This document shows, one piece after another, positions 7,814 to 15,855 of a stretch of DNA of 28,424 bases. A model generated the notes under the pieces. The model was not told the origin of the DNA, did not search any database, and saw nothing but the letters and a program-made list of their open reading frames with translations. Made by a program: the position numbers and the translations under genes. How positions within the stretch are numbered: position 1 is the first letter of the stretch; every line of letters begins with the position of its first letter. Source of the stretch: Gemmatimonadota bacterium (GTDB taxonomy: Bacteria; Gemmatimonadota; Gemmatimonadetes; Longimicrobiales; Gaopeijiaceae); assembly GCA_039589315.1 (NCBI GenBank), contig JBDHHQ010000057.1, forward strand, positions 1 through 28,424, given 5' to 3'.

Positions 7814-9010
7814 TCACCCTTCGTCACGGGTGAAGAGCGGAAGCCCTTCGACGTCTGCCGCCTCGGCGCCCGTGTCCTGCTTACCGGCGCCCGCCTGCCT
7901 CTCGCCCGGCATCTCCTGAGCTTGGCGCGGGGGAGCGCCTGCAGCCGCGGCGTCCTGGTCCTCCACCCGAGCCTCGCTCGTTTCGGCTGGCGCCAAGGTC
8001 TCCGGGGCAGACAGATCCTGGGACGCCGGGGCCTCCGGCGCCAGAGGCTCGGGGCCGGCCGATTCGGTAGCCCCAACGGGTCCCTTTCCGACGTCTGCCT
8101 GAGGCGGGCCGGCCTCGGCTCCTCCCACCGAGACGCGCCCACCGTCTCCTTCGCGTGGGTGGTCCTCGGCAACCGAAGGCTCCGCCGGTGCCGGCGCCTT
8201 CGTTCCGATCAGCAGGTCCAACCCCAGGATGCGCTCCTTGGTGAGGACCCGGTGGACCTCGATCTCGCGGCTGATGGCGGCACGGACCCCGCTGAAGCCC
8301 CACCGACCCCAGGCTCGCCGGAGGATACCGATCTTCTCGGGGAGCGTGAACAGCTCGGAGAAGTCCGGAAAGGGCTTCTTGACCTGGGGCCGAAACGCCG
8401 TCTCCTCGTCCGACCAATCCTCGGTGTGCAGACCCGTGACGCCGGCTTCGCGTAGCATGCGCTTCCACTCCACGAGCATCAGAGGCCGGGTCCCCAGGTG
8501 CTCGGCGAGCACCTTCCGGCGCATCTCCTCCACCGGAGCCTTCCAGACCAACTGCACGAGCGCCACCCTACCGCCGGGCTTCGCGACCCGCACCAGCTCC
8601 TTCACGGCTGCATCGGGATCGCTCCGCACTGTCAGCCCGAGCTCGCCCACCACCACGTCGAAGATCTCGTCCCGATAGGGCAGGGCATCCAAGGTGGCTT
8701 GCTGTAGGTGCATCCGGTCGCTCAGCCCCGCCTTGCGTGCTAGAGCTTCGGCCACTTCCACCATGGCCGGATCATAGTCCACGCCCGACCCCTGGGCGTC
8801 GTACTCGGTCACGAAGTACTCGAGGCACACGCCCGGTCCACACGCCGCGTCCAGGACTTCCTGGCCGGGGCCGAGGTCGGTGAGGAGAGCGATCTGGCGG
8901 TAGAGCTCGACGCCTCCGGGGGGAAAAAGGCGGCGGCGGCTCATCCGGACCAGGTCGAGCATGGAGGGCGCGGCCGCACCTCCGGCTCGATCCTGCGGTT
9001 TCGAAGGCAT
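7814..9010 (-). CDS. Class I SAM-dependent methyltransferase with long Ala/Pro/Glu-rich C-terminal tail
   Basis: VLDAACGPG (motif I), GVDYD, LPYRDEIFDVV, ELVRVAKPGG. Start ATG 9010 is supported by an immediately adjacent promoter; alternatives at 9064 or further downstream. Confidence 0.85.
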   Translation of the reverse strand: MPSKPQDRAGGAAAPSMLDLVRMSRRRLFPPGGVELYRQIALLTDLGPGQEVLDAACGPGVCLEYFVTEYDAQGSGVDYDPAMVEVAEALARKAGLSDRMHLQQATLDALPYRDEIFDVVVGELGLTVRSDPDAAVKELVRVAKPGGRVALVQLVWKAPVEEMRRKVLAEHLGTRPLMLVEWKRMLREAGVTGLHTEDWSDEETAFRPQVKKPFPDFSELFTLPEKIGILRRAWGRWGFSGVRAAISREIEVHRVLTKERILGLDLLIGTKAPAPAEPSVAEDHPREGDGGRVSVGGAEAGPPQADVGKGPVGATESAGPEPLAPEAPASQDLSAPETLAPAETSEARVEDQDAAAAGAPPRQAQEMPGERQAGAGKQDTGAEAADVEGLPLFTRDEG

Positions 9011-9015
9011 GGGAC

Positions 9016-9045
9016 AAGGTACCCAGGCCCCGATCCGAGGGTCAA
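9016..9045 (-). promoter_or_regulatory. Putative sigma70 promoter giving a leaderless methyltransferase mRNA
   Basis: TTGACC (9045-9040), 18-nt spacer, TACCTT (9021-9016), 5 nt, then ATG (9010). No Shine-Dalgarno sequence. Confidence 0.55.
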
Positions 9046-9123
9046 CGACCCCGGACTGGGTCACGGATGGTCAGGCGCGTCAGGAGTGTGGGGGCCCTTG
9101 CGACAGGCTCGTGGGCCGAAGGG

Positions 9124-9309
9124 CTAGAAGAGGCTCTCCTTCGTGGCCTCGACCTCTTTCATGGCGGCGTCGAGGATCTGTCGCTCCCGCTCGCTCAGTT
9201 CGGCGTCGGACCGGTAGCGCTCCTCCGGAGCCCCGCGAACGAGTGCGACATACGCGAAGACGATCAGTATCGACCAAACCAGCACGACCCCCCACGTCGT
9301 CCACCCCAT
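9124..9309 (-). CDS. Small single-pass membrane protein (61 aa)
   Basis: Strong RBS (GGGAGGGGAG) before ATG 9309. MGWTTWGVVLVWSILIVFAYVALV hydrophobic helix followed by a charged helical tail. Fills the gap between two - strand genes. Confidence 0.75.
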   Translation of the reverse strand: MGWTTWGVVLVWSILIVFAYVALVRGAPEERYRSDAELSERERQILDAAMKEVEATKESLF

Positions 9310-9368
9310 TCTGCTCCCCTCCCGCTCGGCGACCGGCCTCCACGGGCCGGCCCTGCTCAGCGACCATG

Positions 9369-10361
9369 TCAGGCCTTCGGGAACGATAACGCGTCGAGCA
9401 CGGCTACGGTTCCCTGGCCGATCCGTTCGGGAACGTATCCCCCCTCCAGCAGCGTGACCACCCTCCCCGCGCACCATTGGTCGGAGCGGTCCATGATCGA
9501 CCGGGTCAGGGCCGCCAGGTCCGCCGGCTCCAGGAGCTGTCCACCGAGCGGATCTCCGGCCATCACGTCGAAGCCAGCGGACACGAGGACGAAGTCCGGC
9601 CGGAACCCGGCCGTGGCCCGATCCAGGGCGCCTTCGAAACGGCGCCGGTACTCGGGCGGCGGCGTCCCGACCCCCAGGGGCACGTTGACCGTGCGGCCCC
9701 GGCCCTCTCCCGTACCCGTCTCCTGGGAGGCTCCGGTTCCGGGGTAGTGCGGCCACTGGTGCAGCGAGACGTAGCACACCGAGCCGTCCTCGTAGAAGGC
9801 GTCCTGCGTGCCGTTTCCGTGATGAACGTCCCAGTCCACCACGAGCACCCGCTCGGCGTGGCCGCGCCGTTGGAGCCACCGCGCCGCCACGGCCACGTTG
9901 TTGAACAGACAGAACCCCATGGCCCGGTCGGGCGTCGCATGGTGGCCGGGCGGCCGCGCGGCCACGAATGCGTTGGCGGCCCCACCCGACGCCACGGCCT
10001 CGGCTGCGGTGAGGGCGGCGCCCGCGGCGCCGAGGGCGGCGTCCCACGATCCGCTCGAGACCCGGGTGTCCGGATCCAGCCCCACGAGGGCCCTCCGTTC
10101 CCGTGCCATCCGAATGGCGGCCTCCACCCGAGAAAGGTGGTCCGAGGTGTGGACCTGGGTCAGCTCGTGGCGTTCTGCGTCCCGGCAGTCGAGCCGCACC
10201 ACCCTGCTCCCGAGCTCGGGCCAGGCCTCGTCCACGGCGGCTTCCAGCCCTCGCAGCCGACCGGCGTGCTCCGGGTGACCCGGCCCGGTCTCGTGACCGT
10301 ACGAAGCGGGAGAGACCACGAAGGCAGTGGGCCCCACGCCAGGGGTCGGCGCCACGGTCAC
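9369..10361 (-). CDS. Histone deacetylase family protein (AcuC/acetylpolyamine amidohydrolase-like)
   Basis: GHPEH, RPPGHHA, GFCLFNNVA, DWDVHHGNGTQ, SAGFD, LEGGY. Confidence 0.93.
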   Translation of the reverse strand: MTVAPTPGVGPTAFVVSPASYGHETGPGHPEHAGRLRGLEAAVDEAWPELGSRVVRLDCRDAERHELTQVHTSDHLSRVEAAIRMARERRALVGLDPDTRVSSGSWDAALGAAGAALTAAEAVASGGAANAFVAARPPGHHATPDRAMGFCLFNNVAVAARWLQRRGHAERVLVVDWDVHHGNGTQDAFYEDGSVCYVSLHQWPHYPGTGASQETGTGEGRGRTVNVPLGVGTPPPEYRRRFEGALDRATAGFRPDFVLVSAGFDVMAGDPLGGQLLEPADLAALTRSIMDRSDQWCAGRVVTLLEGGYVPERIGQGTVAVLDALSFPKA

Positions 10362-10443
10362 GACGGCCCCGGTGGATGGAGCCCCGGCGGGAGAGCTCCG
10401 CCCGCCCGAACGCCTACCGCCAGACAGGCGGCCATCACCGCAT

Positions 10444-13400
10444 TCAGGAGGTGGCCGCGGCCACGACGCGGGCTTGCTCGGCCCGCTCCTGGATGGTCTT
10501 CACCGCCCGCTCTCGCGCACCCAGCGCGACCAGGGCCTCGGACGCGGCTTCGGTGGCGGACGTCGTGGTGAGGTACGGGACGCCGTAGGTGATGGCGGCG
10601 CGCCTCATGGAGTAGTCGTCGTACTGACTCTTCTTGCCCAATGGCGTGTTGATCAGGAGCTGGACGTCCCCACTCACGATCCCGTCGACGATGTCGGGCC
10701 GGCCCTCGCCGACCTTGAAGATCGGCTCGCACGGGATCCCCAGGCGGAAGAGGTACTGTTGGGTGCCGCGCGTGGCCTTGATCTGGAAGCCCAGATCGTG
10801 GAATCGGCGGATGATCGGAGTGACGGTGGGCTTGTCCCGATCGTTCACCGTTACGACGATCGTGCCTCCCACCGGCAGATGGTTGCCTGCGGAAGCCTGG
10901 GCCTTGGCGAAGGCCATGCCGAACGAGTCGTCGATCCCCATGCATTCGCCGGTGGATCGCATCTCGGGCCCCAGGAGGACGTCCACCTCGAAACGGTCGA
11001 AGGGAAAGACCGCTTCCTTTACCGCCACGCCCGCCACGTGGGGGCGCTCGGGGAGGTCCAGGTCCTTCAGCTTTTCCCCCGCCATCACCCGGGCTGCCAG
11101 GCGAGCCAGGGGCACGCCGGTGGCCTTGCTGACGAACGGAATCGTGCGCGACGCCCTGGGATTGACCTCCAGGACGTAGACCGCCCCGTCCTGGATGGCG
11201 TATTGCACGTTGATCAACCCGACGACACCCAGCTCCAGCGAGAACTTCCGAGTCAGCTCCCGGATCTCGTCCAACTCCTCGCCCGTCAGCCGGTAGGGCG
11301 GCAGCACACACGCCGAGTCGCCCGAGTGGACCCCAGCGTCCTCGATGTGCTGCATGATCCCGCCCACCACGACGTCGGTGCCGTCCGCCAGGGCGTCCAC
11401 GTCCGCCTCGAAGGCGTCCTCCAGAAACCGGTCGATGAGGACAGGGTGGTCGGGCGACGCCCGGATCGCCCGGTCGAAGTAGGACCGCAGCGACGTCTCG
11501 TCGTAGACGATCTCCATACCGCGCCCACCGAGCACATAGCTGGGCCGGACCAGGAGTGGGTACCCCACGCCGGCGGCGACCTCGACCGCGTCGCTCACGT
11601 TGGTGGCGACACCGTTCTCGGGTACCCGGGCCCCGATCTTCCGACACACCCGCTCGAACCGCTCCCGGTCCTCGGCGCGGTCGATGGCATCCACCGACGT
11701 CCCCAGGATCGGCACCCCCGCCGCCTCGAGACCCTGGGCCAGCTTGAGGGGGGTCTGACCGCCGAGCTGCACGATGACCCCCATGGGATCCTCCAGACGG
11801 ACGATCTCGAGCACGTCCTCGAGGGTCAGGGGCTCGAAGTAGAGCTTGTCACTCACGTCGAAGTCGGTGGAGACCGTCTCGGGGTTCGAGTTGACCATGA
11901 TGGCCTCGAACCCGGCCTCCCGCAGCGCCAGGACCGCCTGCACGCAGCAGTAGTCGAACTCGATCCCCTGACCGATTCGATTGGGCCCGCTGCCCAGGAT
12001 CACCACCTTCTGCCGATCCGACGGCACGGACTCGTTCTCGTCCTCGTATGACGAGTAGTAGTACGGCGTCTCGGCAGGAAACTCTCCGGCGCACGTGTCC
12101 ACGACGTTGTACGTCGGGTGAATGCCCCACGCCCGTCGTTGCTCTCTCACGGCCTGTTCCGTCGTCCCCTGCAGGTCTGCCAGCTGCCGATCGCTGAAGC
12201 CCTCTCTCTTCATGCGGCGCATCGCCTTCGGCGTGACCTCGTCCAGGTCCCGGTACGATGCTTCGGTCTCGAGCAGAATGCGGAGCTGATGGAGGAACCA
12301 GGGATCGATGGCCGTGGCCTCGTAGAGCTCTTCTACCGTGAGACCGGCCTCGAGGGCGCGCCGGAGCTGGAAAGGACGAGTTGAGCTTGGCTTGCGGAGC
12401 GCCGCCAGCAGACCCTCGCGGTGGTCGGCCTTCAGGCCGTCGTCCTCGAGGCGGTGGGCGGTCACCCAGCCCGAGCGGCCGATCTCGAGGCCCCTCAGGC
12501 CCTTCTGCCAGGCGGCACGGAAGGTGCGCCCGATGGCCATGGTCTCGCCCACGGCCTTCATCTGCACGCCCAGCTCGTCGTTCGCCTCCGGGAACTTCTC
12601 GAAGGCGAACCGGGGGAACTTGACCACGCAGTAGTCGAGAACCGGCTCGAAGGACGCCGGCGTGGTCTTGGTGATGTCGTTGGGCAACTCGTGCAGATGG
12701 TAGCCCACGGCCAGCTTCGCTCCGACCCGGGCGATGGGGAATCCGGTGGCCTTCGACGCCAGCGCCGACGAACGGGAAACGCGGGGGTTCATCTCCACTA
12801 CCAGGACCTCGCCGTCTTCCGGGCTCACCGCGAACTGGATGTTGCAGCCGCCGGCCTCGACACCGATCTCCCGGATGATGGCGATGGACGCATCACGCAG
12901 GACCTGGTACTCGACGTCGGTGAGGGTCTGTGAGGGGGCCACGGTGACGGAGTCGCCGGTGTGCACTCCCATGGCGTCGACGTTCTCGATGGAGCAGACG
13001 ATGATAACGTTGTCCGAGCCGTCTCGGACAACCTCCAGCTCGAACTCCTTCCAGCCGATGACGCTCCGGTCGATGAGCACCTCGGTGATGGGCGAGGCGT
13101 CGAGGCCCCTCCGGACCTGGCGCTCGAACTCCTCCCGATTGTAGGCGATGCCGCCGCCGGTACCGCCGAGCGTGAAGCTCGGCCGGATGATGGCCGGGTA
13201 GCCTGTGTCCTCGACGATGGCGATGGCCTCGTCCAGGGACTTCGCGAAGCCTCCGTGGGGCACCTTCAGGCCGATGCGGTCCACGGCGGCCGCGAACTCC
13301 TCGCGGTTCTCGGCCATCTTGATGGAACGGGCGTTCGCTCCGATCAGCTCCACGCCGTGCTCGTCCAGGACGCCGGCCTGGTGCAGCTCCATGGCGAGGT

Positions 13401-13689
13401 TGAGGGCGGTCTGCCCTCCCATGGTCGGCAGGAGGGCGTCGGGTCTCTCGCGCTCGATCACGCGGGTGACCCACTCGGTCGTCAGAGGCTCGATATAGGT
13501 CCGATCCGCCAGGTCCGGATCGGTCATGATCGTGGCCGGATTCGAGTTGACCAGGATGACGCGGTACCCCTCTTCCTTGAGGGCCCGTACGGCCTGGGTG
13601 CCGGAGTAGTCGAACTCGCACGCCTGGCCGATGACGATGGGACCGGAGCCCAGGATGAGGATCGATTCCAGATCTGTACGCTTAGGCAC
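10444..13689 (-). CDS. carB: Carbamoyl-phosphate synthase large subunit
   Basis: [27 protein letters not shown], duplicated ATP-grasp halves ([36 protein letters not shown]), C-terminal MGS domain; 1081 aa. Confidence 0.98.
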   Translation of the reverse strand: MPKRTDLESILILGSGPIVIGQACEFDYSGTQAVRALKEEGYRVILVNSNPATIMTDPDLADRTYIEPLTTEWVTRVIERERPDALLPTMGGQTALNLAMELHQAGVLDEHGVELIGANARSIKMAENREEFAAAVDRIGLKVPHGGFAKSLDEAIAIVEDTGYPAIIRPSFTLGGTGGGIAYNREEFERQVRRGLDASPITEVLIDRSVIGWKEFELEVVRDGSDNVIIVCSIENVDAMGVHTGDSVTVAPSQTLTDVEYQVLRDASIAIIREIGVEAGGCNIQFAVSPEDGEVLVVEMNPRVSRSSALASKATGFPIARVGAKLAVGYHLHELPNDITKTTPASFEPVLDYCVVKFPRFAFEKFPEANDELGVQMKAVGETMAIGRTFRAAWQKGLRGLEIGRSGWVTAHRLEDDGLKADHREGLLAALRKPSSTRPFQLRRALEAGLTVEELYEATAIDPWFLHQLRILLETEASYRDLDEVTPKAMRRMKREGFSDRQLADLQGTTEQAVREQRRAWGIHPTYNVVDTCAGEFPAETPYYYSSYEDENESVPSDRQKVVILGSGPNRIGQGIEFDYCCVQAVLALREAGFEAIMVNSNPETVSTDFDVSDKLYFEPLTLEDVLEIVRLEDPMGVIVQLGGQTPLKLAQGLEAAGVPILGTSVDAIDRAEDRERFERVCRKIGARVPENGVATNVSDAVEVAAGVGYPLLVRPSYVLGGRGMEIVYDETSLRSYFDRAIRASPDHPVLIDRFLEDAFEADVDALADGTDVVVGGIMQHIEDAGVHSGDSACVLPPYRLTGEELDEIRELTRKFSLELGVVGLINVQYAIQDGAVYVLEVNPRASRTIPFVSKATGVPLARLAARVMAGEKLKDLDLPERPHVAGVAVKEAVFPFDRFEVDVLLGPEMRSTGECMGIDDSFGMAFAKAQASAGNHLPVGGTIVVTVNDRDKPTVTPIIRRFHDLGFQIKATRGTQQYLFRLGIPCEPIFKVGEGRPDIVDGIVSGDVQLLINTPLGKKSQYDDYSMRRAAITYGVPYLTTTSATEAASEALVALGARERAVKTIQERAEQARVVAAATS

Positions 13690-13770
13690 GGCGGCAGGTC
13701 ACGGGAGCTGTCGAGGGTGCCGCACGCTCACCGGCGCGGCTTCTCTGCGGGAGGGATGGGCCAGCGGGAC

Positions 13771-13881
13771 TCACTTGGCCTTTCCGGACTCCTTCCGCAC
13801 TGCGGTGAGGATAGCCAGGACGAAGCCGCCCCAGACGAAGGTCAGGATGACCAGCATCGTGATCCAGGTGGGCCTGGCCAT
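13771..13881 (-). CDS. 36-aa microprotein resembling the MetS-family NSS transporter small subunit
   Basis: Hand-translated: MARPTWITMLVILTFVWGGFVLAILTAVRKESGKAK*. One hydrophobic segment with a central 'VWGG' and a basic tail. Not in the ORF track. Confidence 0.75.
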   Translation of the reverse strand: MARPTWITMLVILTFVWGGFVLAILTAVRKESGKAK

Positions 13882-13906
13882 GGTGGCGTCTCGGCGAACG
13901 TGAACG

Positions 13907-13948
13907 AAAAAACCTGCCTAACCTGTCAGGGCCCGGGGTGGAAAGCAA
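13907..13948 (-). promoter_or_regulatory. Putative extended -10 promoter for the microprotein-carB transcript, with GGTTTTTT at the predicted start site
   Basis: TTGCTT (13948-13943), 17-nt spacer ending in TGA, CAGGTT (13925-13920), then AGGCAGG and a T6 run (13912-13907). Confidence 0.4.
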
Positions 13949-13964
13949 CCCGCGGTGAGGACCG

Positions 13965-15395
13965 TCAGAAGCCAGCGGGGCGAGCCCGCAGCGCCTCGGC
14001 ATCTCCGATCCCCAATGTGGGCGTCTGGCAGTCGAGAAAGGTCAGGTCGGTGGGCTCCATCTCGATGGTCAAGTCGTACGGTCCCGCCGTGCCCGAGTTG
14101 TCCAGGACGCCCACGAAGTATCGGCCCGGCTCCAGCGTGCAGCTGAAGCTGTGAGCGCCGAAGGGGGCGATGACACCCCGGTACGTCGGGCTGCGCACCC
14201 CATTGGACAGCTGCCAGGTCACGGACTCCATCCCGTCGATGAGGAAGACGCCAGCCGAGCGCCCGAGCCCCGCCATCACGTGGACCCTCGACCGCTCGAT
14301 CACGTCGATGGCGTAGTAGTCCGTCGTCCAGGGGTTCTCCAGGGTGAAGCGCCCGGACAAAGGAAGCTCCACGAGCGGGGCCTCCAGCGGTGCGTCGTCC
14401 GGCTCTGCCGGGTCCGGAGGCAGCTCGAAGTCCGCCACAGTGTCCACGTTGAGCTCGTAGCGGCGATCGACGGCGTGCGTGCTGGGCCCCACGAAGATCC
14501 GAAGGCGGTACGTGCCCGCGTCGAGGGACGTCCGCGCGATGACGGCGTCCTGCCTCTCGTTCCGCTCGAATGCGAACGCGGGCGCGACCCCCACGAACTC
14601 CTCGACGCCGGAGGCTCGGTTCAGCTGGACCACGAGGCGCTGCTGCCAGGTGCCCGTGGCCTCGCGGTCGGACACCCGCACCGTCAGCGCGGTGGGCTCC
14701 GCGAGGGTGAGCTCGTAGTGATCCATGCTGGTGAGGCGGCTCGCCAGGTAGGGGTTCTCGAAAGGCACGTCGATGGGCGCGGCCTCGTCGAAGGAGTTGG
14801 GCTCCAACGCGTCGTCGCCGCCACCCGTGAGGAAGAACGGCGACGGCGCGTCTACCTGCCGCCCGTCCTGTAGTACCACGGACACCACGCCGCTCTCGGC
14901 GTCCCAGGGGACCCAGGACTCCAACGAGCGACCGTCGGCCGCCACGGTGCGCAGACGCCCCGCCACGCCTCCGAACAGCACCTCACTCGAGGGGTCGAAG
15001 CGCCATCCCTCCAAGGTTACGACGGCGCCGAACGACGCGTGCTGCGGCGAGACCCGGGTGACGGGCACCACCCGCAGGATCGAGAAGCCCCGCACGCCGC
15101 CTACCTCGGTGACGGTAACGGTGGCGGTGCCCTCGCCCAGAGCGACGAAGACCCCCGTCGTGTCGACGACACCGACGGTAGACGCGTCTACCCGGTACGT
15201 GAGGGGCACCTGGACGGGCTCGCCGCCGAGTCCGAAGGGGGTGGCCTCGATGCGGACGGTGTCTCCCGGTGCGACCAGGGTGTCCGATGGCGTCACGGCT
15301 ACGTACGACACGGGAGGAAGCACGGGGCCGTCGTCGCCACACGCGCCTACGAGTGCCGCCACGAGCAGGGGTGTGATCGAGGACCGTCGGAGCAC
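13965..15395 (-). CDS. Lipoprotein with Ig-like (Big_2-like, IPT/TIG-like) and two PPC-like beta-domains
   Basis: GGAGA RBS before GTG 15395; lipobox LVGA-C. 'VAVTPS...G.FVALGEGTATVTV' is Big_2-like and 'VTRVSPQ..FGAVVTLEG..F' is IPT-like. Two 'D..EPN/EPDD....A...DY/HY' units ending 'GTYRLRI' and 'GRYFVGV'. Confidence 0.75.
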   Translation of the reverse strand: MLRRSSITPLLVAALVGACGDDGPVLPPVSYVAVTPSDTLVAPGDTVRIEATPFGLGGEPVQVPLTYRVDASTVGVVDTTGVFVALGEGTATVTVTEVGGVRGFSILRVVPVTRVSPQHASFGAVVTLEGWRFDPSSEVLFGGVAGRLRTVAADGRSLESWVPWDAESGVVSVVLQDGRQVDAPSPFFLTGGGDDALEPNSFDEAAPIDVPFENPYLASRLTSMDHYELTLAEPTALTVRVSDREATGTWQQRLVVQLNRASGVEEFVGVAPAFAFERNERQDAVIARTSLDAGTYRLRIFVGPSTHAVDRRYELNVDTVADFELPPDPAEPDDAPLEAPLVELPLSGRFTLENPWTTDYYAIDVIERSRVHVMAGLGRSAGVFLIDGMESVTWQLSNGVRSPTYRGVIAPFGAHSFSCTLEPGRYFVGVLDNSGTAGPYDLTIEMEPTDLTFLDCQTPTLGIGDAEALRARPAGF

Positions 15396-15468
15396 GCTGG
15401 TCTCCCCTGTCAGCAGGAGCGATCGATGGCGGCTCGGTGCCTGCCGGCCGGCGAACCCGGCAATCGGC

Positions 15469-15855
15469 TCAGTTGAAGAACTCCACCGTGAGCCCGGCCG
15501 GGCCCCGCGGCAGGTTGTCCGTTCCCGCGGCATCGGTGACCACGGCTACCGGGAATCCGAGCTCCACCTTGTCGACGTTGACACGGAAGCCGATGGTGCC
15601 GCTCGCGCTGACGGCAACCAGCCGGCGCACGCCATCCACCGACGCGAGCTCCGTAGCGAAGAGCTGGGTGTCGCCGGTGCCCTCGAAGCTGCGGAGCCCC
15701 GCGCCGGTCACGTGGATGACCACCGCACCGGGTGCCGGACCTACGACCGCCACGGTGGCCACGAACGAGCCAGGCCCCTTGGGGCCGGAGTCGCCGCAGG
15801 CAACGGAGCCTACCATCAGGACGGCCACGATGGCCAGCCGCGCGAGCGTCGTCAT
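15469..15855 (-). CDS. Small lipoprotein (128 aa), predicted beta-sandwich, possibly cohesin-like
   Basis: ATG 15855 overlaps the M6 stop (ATGA); AAGGGAGG RBS; lipobox SVA-C-GDSG. Val/Gly/Thr-rich alternating beta pattern. Confidence 0.75.
   Translation of the reverse strand: MTTLARLAIVAVLMVGSVACGDSGPKGPGSFVATVAVVGPAPGAVVIHVTGAGLRSFEGTGDTQLFATELASVDGVRRLVAVSASGTIGFRVNVDKVELGFPVAVVTDAAGTDNLPRGPAGLTVEFFN

Noticed and set aside
7774..8172. 536-aa version of the M24 peptidase overlapping the methyltransferase tail
   Set aside because: The extension is Arg/Pro-rich and not protein-like. An RBS and start exist at 7773, so no overlap or frameshift needs to be invoked.
10444..13689. carB without an adjacent carA
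   Set aside because: Separation of carA and carB is common in bacteria and is not informative from one window.
13771..13881. Microprotein as a pyrL/arginine-type attenuator leader peptide for carB
   Set aside because: It looks like a membrane helix with a MetS-like WGG motif, has no run of regulatory codons, and no U-tailed terminator lies between it and carB.
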